Shown here: positions 1-9,776 of the stretch, one piece after another
How the letters are laid out: every line of letters begins with the position of its first letter
Numbering within the stretch: position 1 is the first letter of the stretch
Assembly (NCBI GenBank): GCA_965261345.1
Contig: OZ253449.1
Location: 896,001-960,000, forward strand
DNA: 64,000 nucleotides
Source: Chloroflexota bacterium
GTDB lineage: Bacteria > Chloroflexota > UBA11872 > VXNJ01
Direction: 5' to 3'
Notes under the pieces: generated by a model
Database searches by the model: none
Told to the model about the DNA's origin: nothing
The model's input: only the letters and a program-made list of their open reading frames with translations
Translations under genes and position numbers: made by a program

Positions 1-24
1 TATGCGGGGACCAACCCGATCCGG

Positions 25-840
25 TTAATCGGCGGGCAATTCCTGGCAATTGGGGCAATAGTGGGTAGCGCGTCCGCCCAGCACAATCCGTTTGATCGCC
101 TGGCGGCAGCGCGGACACGGCTGCCCGGTCCGGCGAAACGCTTTCAATGAACCTTGAAAGGCGCCTTCTTGGCCGCGCGCATCAGCGTAGATCCCAAAGG
201 TCGTCCCGCCGAGCGCGATCGCCGCTCTTAGAACCTGGCGCAGCGCCCGGTGCAGAGTTCGCGTCTGCGCGTCGCTTAATCCGGCCGCGGTCGTGCCCGG
301 ATCTAGTCGCGCCCGCCACAGGGTTTCGTCGGCATAGATATTGCCCACCCCGGCAATTACCTTTTGGTTTAGCAAGGCGGTTTTCAGCGCGACCTGGCGG
401 CGGTCCAGCCGGCCAGCCAGGTCCTGCGCCCGAAATCGCGGGCTGAGCGGCTCGGGTCCCAGTGCGGCATCGAATTGCGCCAATTGCGCCGGCGAGAGGA
501 CGCGCATAAGGCCGAAGCGCCGTGGATCGCAAAAGCGAAGTTCTTGGCCGTCGTCCAAACCAATGCGGACCCGCATGAAGCGATCGGCGGGAGAGGCCCG
601 GTCGCGCAGCAGCAACCGCCCGCTCATCATCAAATGGATCTGCAATGTGCGCCCACCAGCCAATGGCAGATTCACATATTTGCCGCGGCGCTGAGCCGAC
701 CCGATGCGGCTACCTAGAAGATCAAACGCCTCCAGATGCGATAGTTTGCGATCGAACACGTCGAGCTGCGTGATTCGTCGCCCGACAACTGATGATCGCA
801 GCCCCCGCACGACCGTCTCTACTTCTGGCAACTCCGGCAT
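25..840 (-). CDS. mutM: Formamidopyrimidine-DNA glycosylase (Fpg/MutM)
   Basis: N-terminal PELPEVE, RRGK, H2TH (LLNQKVIAGVGNIYADE), C-terminal CPRC..CPNC zinc finger. Confidence 0.97.
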   Translation of the reverse strand: MPELPEVETVVRGLRSSVVGRRITQLDVFDRKLSHLEAFDLLGSRIGSAQRRGKYVNLPLAGGRTLQIHLMMSGRLLLRDRASPADRFMRVRIGLDDGQELRFCDPRRFGLMRVLSPAQLAQFDAALGPEPLSPRFRAQDLAGRLDRRQVALKTALLNQKVIAGVGNIYADETLWRARLDPGTTAAGLSDAQTRTLHRALRQVLRAAIALGGTTFGIYADARGQEGAFQGSLKAFRRTGQPCPRCRQAIKRIVLGGRATHYCPNCQELPAD

Positions 841-919
841 TTAACGTGCGTCCCGGCAATCGCCACCAGGTCGCAGCCAGCCCCCTAAAAGCCCGGTCAG
901 GTCCCGGGGGAAGCGCGCA

Positions 920-1834
920 ATGCGGTCGCAAAATTCAGTGTCCATTGGTAATTTTGATCGGTCAAATGGCCCAGCGTCGGCTGGCAGAAATGTCGGATGG
1001 GTTGCCGGCGGAAACCAGTCGGCGGTCGTCAATGTGGGCCGACGGCCAACCCGGCGACCAGCACCGATCCGGTGGACTTTAACTCCAGCTTCGCGGCCCA
1101 CGGTAAGGGTCATTGCCAATCGATACGTTGGGGGGCCGGGCCTTGACAACCTCAAACACAACATCCCCGACCTGGAGATCAGTTGGAGCGGAACCGCCCG
1201 CACCGCTGAATTCTTGAGCTACCACGACGCCACCAGGAGTCTGGACCGCTGCGGATACCCGATTTCCGAGGTTCACGTGCTCAAGCCCGGCGGATTGACG
1301 ATGTTCTTTCAGCGTGGCGCGGTTGATTTTCACAATGTCGGGCAGGGTTGGATCCTTAAACGACGGCTGACCTGGGAATATGTTGGCGGAGTTCACAGCG
1401 CGGGCGGCGACCAGGGTACTGAGCCCTATGTACTCAACCCGCACGCGGGGACCGAATCGGGCCCCTGGGGCGACAAGATTTCTGACTACTCGATCGAAGG
1501 CATCAAGGTCGGTTTCGCCGACTTCAACGACCGTCTCGGTGGGCTGATCGCGTTCGGCTACCCGCTCACCGACGCTCATTACAATTTCGCCGTGCCCGGA
1601 TACCTGCACGCTCCCGGAACTACCTTCGGGTTCATTCGCCAGTACTTCCAGGCAGCGATCTTCGAGTACCATCCGGCCAACCAACTCAATAAGGTCATGC
1701 TCACGCTGCTGGGCGACATTCTGCGCCGCATCCTAGTTCCCGATCACGCAATCCATGCGCCCTTCAACGCCAGTGAAGAACTGGTGGTTGGATCGGTTTT
1801 TATCCCCTACAGCCTTACCAATACGGTGGGTTGA
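920..1834 (+). CDS. Stand-alone copy of a repeated surface-associated domain; possibly 5'-truncated
   Basis: Aligns by eye with the C-terminal ~230 aa of 29339..32026 (HNIPDL, GYPISEV, QRGAVDFHNVG.GW, GFIRQYFQAA, LLGD.LR..LVPD); no signal peptide seen. Confidence 0.7.
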   Translation: MRSQNSVSIGNFDRSNGPASAGRNVGWVAGGNQSAVVNVGRRPTRRPAPIRWTLTPASRPTVRVIANRYVGGPGLDNLKHNIPDLEISWSGTARTAEFLSYHDATRSLDRCGYPISEVHVLKPGGLTMFFQRGAVDFHNVGQGWILKRRLTWEYVGGVHSAGGDQGTEPYVLNPHAGTESGPWGDKISDYSIEGIKVGFADFNDRLGGLIAFGYPLTDAHYNFAVPGYLHAPGTTFGFIRQYFQAAIFEYHPANQLNKVMLTLLGDILRRILVPDHAIHAPFNASEELVVGSVFIPYSLTNTVG

Positions 1835-2177
1835 TTTAGGCGACGGGACGCGCCTCAAACACAACGAAAAACAAATTCGGATCAGATGACGGGCGGGTCT
1901 CCCAGCCCTGCCGGCAATTCCAATACTTGGTTGCAATTCCCATCGCCGCCCCCGGAACACCCCCACAAGGAGGGTAGCTTCCGCCATCGGTACGGTACGG
2001 CCGCTACTTCCAAAAGTTTTTTCAGCAACGCGCATTGACAAGGTCCACGCCCATCAGGTCGGCTCGATGGATATGACTCGTCCCCAGATCCAATCGAGGT
2101 CTTTGGGCGGGCCCGGTTAAAAGCATGGAGCGCCCAACCGTCCCGGAGTTGGCTAAAAACTCCCATATCATAGATTT

Positions 2178-2552
2178 GTGATTACACCTAAAGCGGCCGG
2201 CGGGCAACTCCAACACTTGACCAATTTCCCCAAACAATTGCTCTTTGAACAGATCCGCGACCGCAACGCCCAGGGCGAAGCCGTGGCGATGGCCACGATC
2301 GTGCGCAGCCGCGGTTCAACCCCACAAAAGGTCGGTGCCCGGATGCTGGTATTTGAATCCGGCGCAGGCGCCGGCACCGTAGGTGGTGGGTGCGTGGAGG
2401 CCGGAATCTGGCAGGCCGCGGCCACCGCAATCGCCGATGGGAATCCGCGAATGCTGCGGGTCGATCTGGTTGACGACCTGCGCGGCGAAGGCGACGTCTG
2501 CGGCGGCACGGTGGATGTATTCATCGACCTCTGGTCGCCAGCCGAGCGTTAG
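2178..2552 (+). CDS. XdhC/CoxI family protein, N-terminal domain (likely start TTG 2238)
   Basis: ATIVRSRGSTPQKVGARMLV, GTVGGGCVEA, CGGTVDVFID motifs. Confidence 0.9.
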   Translation: MITPKAAGGQLQHLTNFPKQLLFEQIRDRNAQGEAVAMATIVRSRGSTPQKVGARMLVFESGAGAGTVGGGCVEAGIWQAAATAIADGNPRMLRVDLVDDLRGEGDVCGGTVDVFIDLWSPAER

Positions 2553-2560
2553 TTGAAGGG

Positions 2561-3385
2561 TTGCTAAACCGCCTCATTGCCGCCCGCGATCGGCGTCAGG
2601 GAGGCGTCTGGGCGACGGTAATCGCCTCGCGGGTGAGCGAATTTGCGGTCGGGGTCAAATGGCTGCGATTGGCCGGCGAACCCTCTCCTTTGGAGCCAAC
2701 GTCCGCCCTAAGTAGGGCAATTTCGACCGATCTGGACCAATTGGGCAGTCTTGCCGAGGCCAAATGCATCGCCTATGGTCTGGACGGTCAACACCTAGAG
2801 CGCCCGCGAAACGCGGCCCTGGAAGTTTTTTTTGAACCGCTGGGAATGAGCGACCGGGTGGTGATAGTGGGCGCCGGGCACGTTGCCCAGCCTATCTGCC
2901 AGATCGCCAGCGCGGTCGGATTTGAGGTCACCGTTATCGACGACCGCTCCGACTTTGCCAACCGTGAACGCTTTCCTCAAGCTGAGCACATTCTGGTCGG
3001 CGACATGGCAAAGACGTTGGGTCAACTTCCGATGGACATGGCAACTTATGTCGTCCTGGTCACCCGTGCGCATGCTTTTGACGAGCAGGCGCTGCGGAAA
3101 TTGGCCGGTTCAAAGGTCCCATATGTCGGCATGATCGGCTCCCGTCGGCGGGTGCTCATCGTGTACCGCAATCTGATCGAAGAGGGCATTTCGGCCGAGC
3201 AATTGCGCAACGTTTACGCCCCGATCGGGTTGGACATCGGATCTCGCACGCCCGAGGAAATCGGCCTGGCGGTCGTTGCCGAAATGATCAATGTAAAGCG
3301 TTCCGGGCGTTCCCCTTCACTGCGCCTGGAACAATGGCCGGCGCGCTTGATCGAGAGAGGCCGGCAAGCTGAACAAAATCGCTAA
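2561..3385 (+). CDS. XdhC family molybdoenzyme maturation factor, C-terminal Rossmann domain
   Basis: IVGAGHVA, VIDDR, YVGMIGSRRR, APIGLDIGSRTPEEIGLAVVAE. Confidence 0.92.
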   Translation: MLNRLIAARDRRQGGVWATVIASRVSEFAVGVKWLRLAGEPSPLEPTSALSRAISTDLDQLGSLAEAKCIAYGLDGQHLERPRNAALEVFFEPLGMSDRVVIVGAGHVAQPICQIASAVGFEVTVIDDRSDFANRERFPQAEHILVGDMAKTLGQLPMDMATYVVLVTRAHAFDEQALRKLAGSKVPYVGMIGSRRRVLIVYRNLIEEGISAEQLRNVYAPIGLDIGSRTPEEIGLAVVAEMINVKRSGRSPSLRLEQWPARLIERGRQAEQNR

Positions 3386-3535
3386 ATCATCAGCGTGCTA
3401 GCCTTCAACGACAACTGGCCGAATCCGCTGACATCAACCCCAGACTGGCGCTAATAAACTGCCCATGGGACGGCGGATTGAGGGGGCCGTGGCCCGCCCC
3501 CACCTTCCCAACTCAAACTGAGGAAACACACTGTA

Positions 3536-5920
3536 ATGAGCGGTTCTTTTGCGCCCCTCGGATGGCTGGTCGGCTCACCGCGGCGGGCGCTGGCGGTGCT
3601 GGGTTTTTGGATTTTGGCCGCGGCCGTCATCGTCTACGTTTCGCCCAGCCTAGGGGCTGTTGTCACCGACGACAGCGCCGACTTTCTTCCGACCGATTCA
3701 ATCGCCCGTAAAGCGTTGATTCTCCAGCAGGAAAAATTTCCCAGTTCCGGCTTGCAGGGCCTGGTGTTGGTGCACCGCCCATCGGGAATCACCGCCGCCG
3801 ATCGCGATTTGGCCGAACGGGTTCGAACCTATCTGGCCGAAGTCCTAACCGAGGGCGACTCTGCCCAGATTCGTGCGGCGATTGACCTGCCGGCAACAGA
3901 CGGCCAGGTGCGCACCCTCTCGATCGTTTCGGATTGGGATATCGACGGCGACATATTGGCGCTCACGCAAGGTGCGCAGGAACTGCGAGCATTTCTGGCC
4001 TCAATCAGGCCCGATGAGGAATTGATCCTCTCCTTTACCGGAGCGGCTGGCATCACCGCCGATTTGGCCAATACCTTCTCGCAATTTGACTTTCGGGTTA
4101 CCTTGCTTACGGTGCTGCTGGTGCTGCTAATCCTGTTGATCGTTTACCGCTCACCGGTAATGCCCCTGCTGGCCCTTCTGGGGGTGGGGTGGAGCCTGCT
4201 GATGGCCCAGTTTCTGGCAGCCTGGGCAGCCGATACATTCGGCCTGCTGATCAACAGCCAAATCACCGCCCTCATGTCGGTACTGGTGTTTGGCGCCGGC
4301 ACCGATTACACCGTATTTGTGGTCGCACGCTATCGCGAGGAGCTGCGCCGCAATGACTCGCGCTGGCTGGCGATGCAGGCCGCGATCACCCGGCTGGGCC
4401 CGGCGATCGCTGCCAGCGGCGGCACCACCGTGATAGTGTTGGCGCTAATGTTGCTGGCATCGTTTGGCACCTTTCGCGGAATGGGGCCGATTCTGGGCTT
4501 GGCGGTGGGATTGACGATCATCACCGGCCTAACCCTGATTCCCGCACTGGTTGTACTGGCCGGTCGATGGATCTTCTGGCCGATCGGCGAGGCAAAGGCG
4601 ACCCGGCCATCCCGTACATGGCAAAAGATTGCCGAACTGGTGACCCGCCACCCCTGGGCCACCCTGCTGGTGAGCGCAGTGCTGCTGATTGTCTTTGCGC
4701 TCGGCAACACTCAACTCAAACAGGATTTCGATACCGTCGGTTCGCTCCCAGAAGATCTGGATTCCAAGATCGGGTTTGACATCCTGGCCAGTTCGGGGGC
4801 CGGCGGATCGAGCAACCCCGCGCAGCTGTTGCTGGAACTGGAGGAGGGATCGATTTATGCCCATCTGCCGGCGGTTGCCCAAATTACCAGCGAACTGGAA
4901 GCCCGTCCGGAAATAGCGTCGGCGCTGGGTCCGACGCGGCCGTTCATCAGCATCCCGCAACGCAGCGGTTCCGAGGTCCAGGCGCTGCTCGACTCGCTGC
5001 CAGCACCGATTTTGCTCAACCTGCTCTCCAATGCGAACGCCCCGGCCCCGGCCGACCCCAGCCGCGCCACGAATGAATTGGCCCAATTGGGGCTCGATCC
5101 ACCGGTCATTGCCGCAATTGGCACGTTGACGGCCGGACAAAGGTTTGTTTCCCAGGATCAAACCACCGCCGTGATCGAAATCCAGTTGGCGGCGAACCCG
5201 ACATCACTCGCGGCGATCAATCAGATCCCGGACCTGCAGGCGGCAATCGACGACATAGTGAGCAGTACATCACTCAATGGCGTCCAGCCCCTGCTCGGCG
5301 GACAGACCGCCACCAGCTTCCACTCGCGCGAAGCCGTCAATCGCGACACCCTGGTAGTGATCCCCTTGGGTTATCTAATGATCTTCATCATCCTGCTGGT
5401 GGTGCTGCGCAGCCTGGTGGCGGCGGCATTTTTAGCCGCGAGCGTTTTCACGTCGCTGCTCGCAGCGATCGGTCTGTCGGTATTCATTTTCGAATTCATT
5501 CTTGGGCACAACGGTTTGGGGTATCAAAACCTGCTCTGGGCCTTCATATTCCTGACCGCCTTGGGGGCCGACTACAACATCCTGCTGATTTCGCGCGTGC
5601 GCGAGGAATGCGTAGCCGCCGACACCGCCGTCGCCACTCGCCGGGCAGTCGCCAGCACCGGCGGGGTAATCACTTCGGCTGGATTGATCTTGACCGGCAC
5701 CTTTCTGGTCTTGACCACCTTTCCGCTGGTTGCGATCGTGCAGATCGGAACAATGGTGGCGGTGGGGATACTAATTGACACGTTCATCGTCCGCACCATG
5801 CTGGTGCCCGCGATCATCTTGGTATTGGGTAAATGGAGTTGGTGGCCTTCTGATCCATCCAACGAATCGGCGCTGCATCCGTCCTCGGCCCCAAGTGCGG
5901 CCACGACCGCTGCTTCCTAA
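3536..5920 (+). CDS. MMPL (RND superfamily) membrane transporter
   Basis: Two repeats of TM bundles with FGAGTDY...RYREE and ALGADYNILLISRVREE. Confidence 0.93.
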   Translation: MSGSFAPLGWLVGSPRRALAVLGFWILAAAVIVYVSPSLGAVVTDDSADFLPTDSIARKALILQQEKFPSSGLQGLVLVHRPSGITAADRDLAERVRTYLAEVLTEGDSAQIRAAIDLPATDGQVRTLSIVSDWDIDGDILALTQGAQELRAFLASIRPDEELILSFTGAAGITADLANTFSQFDFRVTLLTVLLVLLILLIVYRSPVMPLLALLGVGWSLLMAQFLAAWAADTFGLLINSQITALMSVLVFGAGTDYTVFVVARYREELRRNDSRWLAMQAAITRLGPAIAASGGTTVIVLALMLLASFGTFRGMGPILGLAVGLTIITGLTLIPALVVLAGRWIFWPIGEAKATRPSRTWQKIAELVTRHPWATLLVSAVLLIVFALGNTQLKQDFDTVGSLPEDLDSKIGFDILASSGAGGSSNPAQLLLELEEGSIYAHLPAVAQITSELEARPEIASALGPTRPFISIPQRSGSEVQALLDSLPAPILLNLLSNANAPAPADPSRATNELAQLGLDPPVIAAIGTLTAGQRFVSQDQTTAVIEIQLAANPTSLAAINQIPDLQAAIDDIVSSTSLNGVQPLLGGQTATSFHSREAVNRDTLVVIPLGYLMIFIILLVVLRSLVAAAFLAASVFTSLLAAIGLSVFIFEFILGHNGLGYQNLLWAFIFLTALGADYNILLISRVREECVAADTAVATRRAVASTGGVITSAGLILTGTFLVLTTFPLVAIVQIGTMVAVGILIDTFIVRTMLVPAIILVLGKWSWWPSDPSNESALHPSSAPSAATTAAS

Positions 5921-5962
5921 TATGGGTCCGACCCGCGGCCGAGCGACGCGGGGGCAATTGCG

Positions 5963-8677
5963 ATGAGCGCCCGGCGTCTACCCAAGCTGCTGTTAATCGA
6001 TGCGATGTCGGTGCTTTTTCGCGCCTATCACTCAATTCCCGCCCGATTTGCCACGGTCGATGACCAGGGCAACCGCGAGCCCACCAACGCGGTCTACGGA
6101 TTTTTGGCGCAACTCCTTAACGTGATCGCCGCTTATGACCCCACCCATTTGGCGGTGGCCTTCGATTCCCCCGGTCCAACCTTTCGCCAGGAGATCGATG
6201 CTGCTTACAAGGCCAACCGACAGGCCCCGCCCGACGATTTGATCCCACAATTTGCGCGCGCGCGACAGTTGATCGCCGCTCTGGGGGCGCCCGGTTACGA
6301 AATTGTCGGGTTCGAGGCCGATGACATCTTGGGAACGCTGGCGCAATCTGCAGCCAAGGCCGATTTTCACGTGCGGATTTTTTCCGGCGACCGCGATCTA
6401 TTCCAACTCATCTCCGGCAAGATCAACGTTTTTTATCCACGCCCGCGCGGCCAGCCGTTTCAGGTCTACGACCGGGCGGCGTTTATGAAACGCTGGGGAG
6501 TCGAACCACGCCAGCTGATCGATATAAAGGCCCTGCAGGGCGATTCTTCCGACAATATTCCCGGGGTCCCGGGAATCGGCGAGAAGACCGCAATCTCGCT
6601 CATCCAAACGTACCGGACCCTGGACGGAGTGCTGGCAGCGTTCGAGGACGAGAATCTGTCGCCGCGGGCCAGGCGGGCCCTAGCGAGCCCGGAAAACCGA
6701 CAGTCGGCCCGCATATCGCGCCAACTGGCCACCATTGACACCCAGGTCCCGCTGGAATTTGATCCCGACGCGGCCCGCATCTGGGTCAATCCCGATGCCG
6801 AGCAGCTGCGAAACCTGCTCGATCGGCTCGGGTTCCACAGCATTCGCCAAAGATTGCCGTTTGATCTGGACATGCACGCCGACGGCCAAATCCCGCTATT
6901 TGGCTCGCAGGCCAGTGCCCCGGACTGGCAGGTGGTCGACCACCTGGACCAGGCCCGAGCCTTGGCCGCCACCCTGACTGAGGGCCCGCCCGTCGCGCTG
7001 TTTGGGCTCATCGCCGGCGAGAGCAAATCCCTGCGCTTGCGCTCGCTGGCGATCTGTCAAGGAACGTCGAGCTGGTTTCTGCCAAATCCAAAAGACCTAC
7101 TCGTCGGTCTGTCCGATTGGCTGCAGGATCCGTCGCAGCCCAAATGGGCCTATGCCGGCAAGGAGTTGCTGCGGGCTCTATCCTCCGAGCGAATCGAGCT
7201 TCAGGGCCTTGTCTTCGACGCCGAGATTGCCGCCCATCTGGCCTCAGGCGGCGAGAGCTTTGCCAGTTTGCAACAACTTGTCGCCCGCAATCTTGACCAG
7301 GTCCTGGCCCGGTCAATGCCCGAAACCGATGGGGTGTCCAAACCCGGCGCGATTGGCCCGACCCAGCCCGTGGCCGTGGTCCGCGCCGGGCAGGCGGTCG
7401 CCCGCCTCGGCCAAAAACTATCGGCGGCCATCGCCGATGTCGAATTAAAGCCGGTGTTTGACCGCATTGAAATGCCGCTGGTACCGGTGCTGGCACGTAT
7501 GGAACAGCACGGCGTGGCGATGGACCCGGCGGTGCTATCCAGGCTGGGGGACCAGTACGGCGCCGAATGCGATCAGATCGCCCAGGCAATTTACGAGTTC
7601 GCCGGCGGGGAATTCAACCTCAATTCGACCCGCGCGCTGGGGCAGGTGCTCTACGATCGGCTGGGTCTGCCGGTCCTGGAAAAAACCCGCGGCGGCGCAC
7701 CATCGACCGCCCGGCGCGCACTGGAACGCCTCGACGGCCAACACCCGATCATCGCCCTGATGATGGAGTACCGCGAGCTTTCGACGCTATTGCGCAACTA
7801 CATCGGGCCGCTGCCCGGCCTGGTCGACGGTGGCGGACGCCTTCACCCACGCTTTTCGCAGACATCTTCGGTCACCGGGAGGGTGGGAACCCGCAATCCC
7901 AATTTGCAGGCCACTCCGGTGCGCAGCAAGCGAGGTCAACATATTCGGCAGGCGTTCGGCGCGGCCCCGGGCCGAGTATTAATTTCAGCCGATTACTCGC
8001 AGATCGATCTGCGGGTGCTGGCCCACATCTCCGGCGATCAAAACCTGATTGCCGCCTTCGCCAACGATCTTGACGTGCACACCGCCACTGCGGCGCAACT
8101 TTTCGGGGTCGAACTCGACCAGGTTTCCTACCAGATGCGCGAGCAGGCCAAAACCGTCAATTTCGGTATCGTATACGGCATCACCGCCCACGGCCTGGCC
8201 TGGCGCAGCGAGCTTGACCTACAGGGGTCGGCAGCCCTTATCGATTCCTATTTTGCCCGCTACCCCGGGGTGCACGACTACATGGAAGCAACTCGGACGA
8301 GTGCCCACGAACATGGCCTCACGCGAACCCTGCACGGGCGAATCCGGCGCCATCACGAACTCCAGTCGGCCGGCAGTCGTCGCCAGGCAGCCGAGCGCGA
8401 GGCAATCAACATGCCGATCCAGGGGACGTCGGCCGAGATATTAAAGCTCGCAATGATCGAACTGGACGCCCATATCCGTCGCCACAATATCCCGGCCGCG
8501 ATTACCCTGCAAATTCATGACGAGCTGCTAATAGAAGTGGCAACGGAAGCCTTGGAGGAATTCGCCGGGCAGTTGGCTCAGATCATGAATGGGGTCTGCA
8601 AGCTCAAGGTCCCGCTAAAAACCGACGTCGCCGCCGGGCCAAATTGGGCCGAAACCAAGTCGCTGGAGCTTAGTTAA
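5963..8677 (+). CDS. polA: DNA polymerase I
   Basis: 5'-3' exonuclease (LLIDAMS, YKANR, EADD, GDSSDNIPGVPGIGEKTA); polymerase motifs A DYSQIDLR, B AKTVNFGIVYG, C QIHDEL. Confidence 0.96.
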   Translation: MSARRLPKLLLIDAMSVLFRAYHSIPARFATVDDQGNREPTNAVYGFLAQLLNVIAAYDPTHLAVAFDSPGPTFRQEIDAAYKANRQAPPDDLIPQFARARQLIAALGAPGYEIVGFEADDILGTLAQSAAKADFHVRIFSGDRDLFQLISGKINVFYPRPRGQPFQVYDRAAFMKRWGVEPRQLIDIKALQGDSSDNIPGVPGIGEKTAISLIQTYRTLDGVLAAFEDENLSPRARRALASPENRQSARISRQLATIDTQVPLEFDPDAARIWVNPDAEQLRNLLDRLGFHSIRQRLPFDLDMHADGQIPLFGSQASAPDWQVVDHLDQARALAATLTEGPPVALFGLIAGESKSLRLRSLAICQGTSSWFLPNPKDLLVGLSDWLQDPSQPKWAYAGKELLRALSSERIELQGLVFDAEIAAHLASGGESFASLQQLVARNLDQVLARSMPETDGVSKPGAIGPTQPVAVVRAGQAVARLGQKLSAAIADVELKPVFDRIEMPLVPVLARMEQHGVAMDPAVLSRLGDQYGAECDQIAQAIYEFAGGEFNLNSTRALGQVLYDRLGLPVLEKTRGGAPSTARRALERLDGQHPIIALMMEYRELSTLLRNYIGPLPGLVDGGGRLHPRFSQTSSVTGRVGTRNPNLQATPVRSKRGQHIRQAFGAAPGRVLISADYSQIDLRVLAHISGDQNLIAAFANDLDVHTATAAQLFGVELDQVSYQMREQAKTVNFGIVYGITAHGLAWRSELDLQGSAALIDSYFARYPGVHDYMEATRTSAHEHGLTRTLHGRIRRHHELQSAGSRRQAAEREAINMPIQGTSAEILKLAMIELDAHIRRHNIPAAITLQIHDELLIEVATEALEEFAGQLAQIMNGVCKLKVPLKTDVAAGPNWAETKSLELS

Positions 8678-9702
8678 AGGTCGACTTTGGCCTCGCTGCC
8701 AGATTCGGCCGAGCGCCAGGCAGCCTCGGTTACTGCAAGGACCCTTAGTGCCGCCTCGGCGTTGGCACGGTTGTGGTCGTTACCCAGCAGGGTATCGATG
8801 AAATTGCGGTCGGGGATGCTGCCGGCCGCAAGTTCCACCGGTCTGACCTCATTCCCAACCGATTCGTAGTCGATTTCAAGCCCATCGGCCAGCGGGGTCT
8901 GGGCGGTCGAACGCATCAAAATCCGGGCATCGGACCCGTAGAACCCGATTTCCTCCCACATGTTCGAGGGAGCGTTACCGATTACCGCCAGGCTGGCCAG
9001 GGCCCCGCCGGCGAACCGAATCGTTAAGGCCGAATTGACGTTCACCTGCTCCCCGAGGTTGGACAGGACGGCGTTCACCGCCACCGGTTTTAGCTGGGAC
9101 GCGTGCAGGACGAAGTCAGTCAAGTGACTGCCCGAGTCCATCAGTTGCCCACCGGCCGAAAAGGTCGGGTCGGTGCGCCAGGACCCCCGCACCCGGGAAA
9201 TCCAACCCTGGCTCTGCCAGGCGGTGATCATTTCTAGATTCCCGAGATTGCCGGCGGCAATTTCGGCGGTCGCAAATTGGTAGTGCGAACGAAGATTGCG
9301 CTGATACGGGATCATCAATTGCAGTCCCGTTTCCTCGCGCCGCGCAATGACCCGACGCGCGGCGGCCACGCTATGGACGAACGGCTTTTCGCACATGACG
9401 TGGCACCCAGCGGCGAATGCATCGAGAATGTGCTGCTCGTGCATCGTATGGGGGGTGGCGATTACCACCGCTTCGGGTGCAATCTCCGCGAGCATCGCCA
9501 GGTAATCGGCAAAGCCGGGAACGCTTTCCAGGTCCGGGGCCAGTTCCCGGGCGGATTTGATCGCCTGATCCTGCGGATCGGCGAATCCGACGATTTCAAC
9601 GTCGCTGTATTGCGCCATGACCGCTATATGGCCGGCGCGCGCCCAGTCGCCACAGCCGATGAATCCAACTCGAACCATCTTTGCCCACCTGTCCGCTTCC
9701 AC
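8674..9702 (-). CDS. Gfo/Idh/MocA family oxidoreductase
   Basis: GFIGCG NAD-binding motif, ATPHTMH, CEKP, GGQLMDSGSH. Confidence 0.92.
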   Translation of the reverse strand: MEADRWAKMVRVGFIGCGDWARAGHIAVMAQYSDVEIVGFADPQDQAIKSARELAPDLESVPGFADYLAMLAEIAPEAVVIATPHTMHEQHILDAFAAGCHVMCEKPFVHSVAAARRVIARREETGLQLMIPYQRNLRSHYQFATAEIAAGNLGNLEMITAWQSQGWISRVRGSWRTDPTFSAGGQLMDSGSHLTDFVLHASQLKPVAVNAVLSNLGEQVNVNSALTIRFAGGALASLAVIGNAPSNMWEEIGFYGSDARILMRSTAQTPLADGLEIDYESVGNEVRPVELAAGSIPDRNFIDTLLGNDHNRANAEAALRVLAVTEAAWRSAESGSEAKVDL

Positions 9703-9776
9703 ACAATCGCGGCAATCTAACCCGCAACCGGGCCTAGCCGCTAATACGTTAATGCAAGATGGGCGGTGATGACAGC

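Noticed and set aside
1835-2230. Possible CRISPR array from recurring motifs
   Set aside because: Only two or three degenerate copies with irregular spacing, and no cas genes
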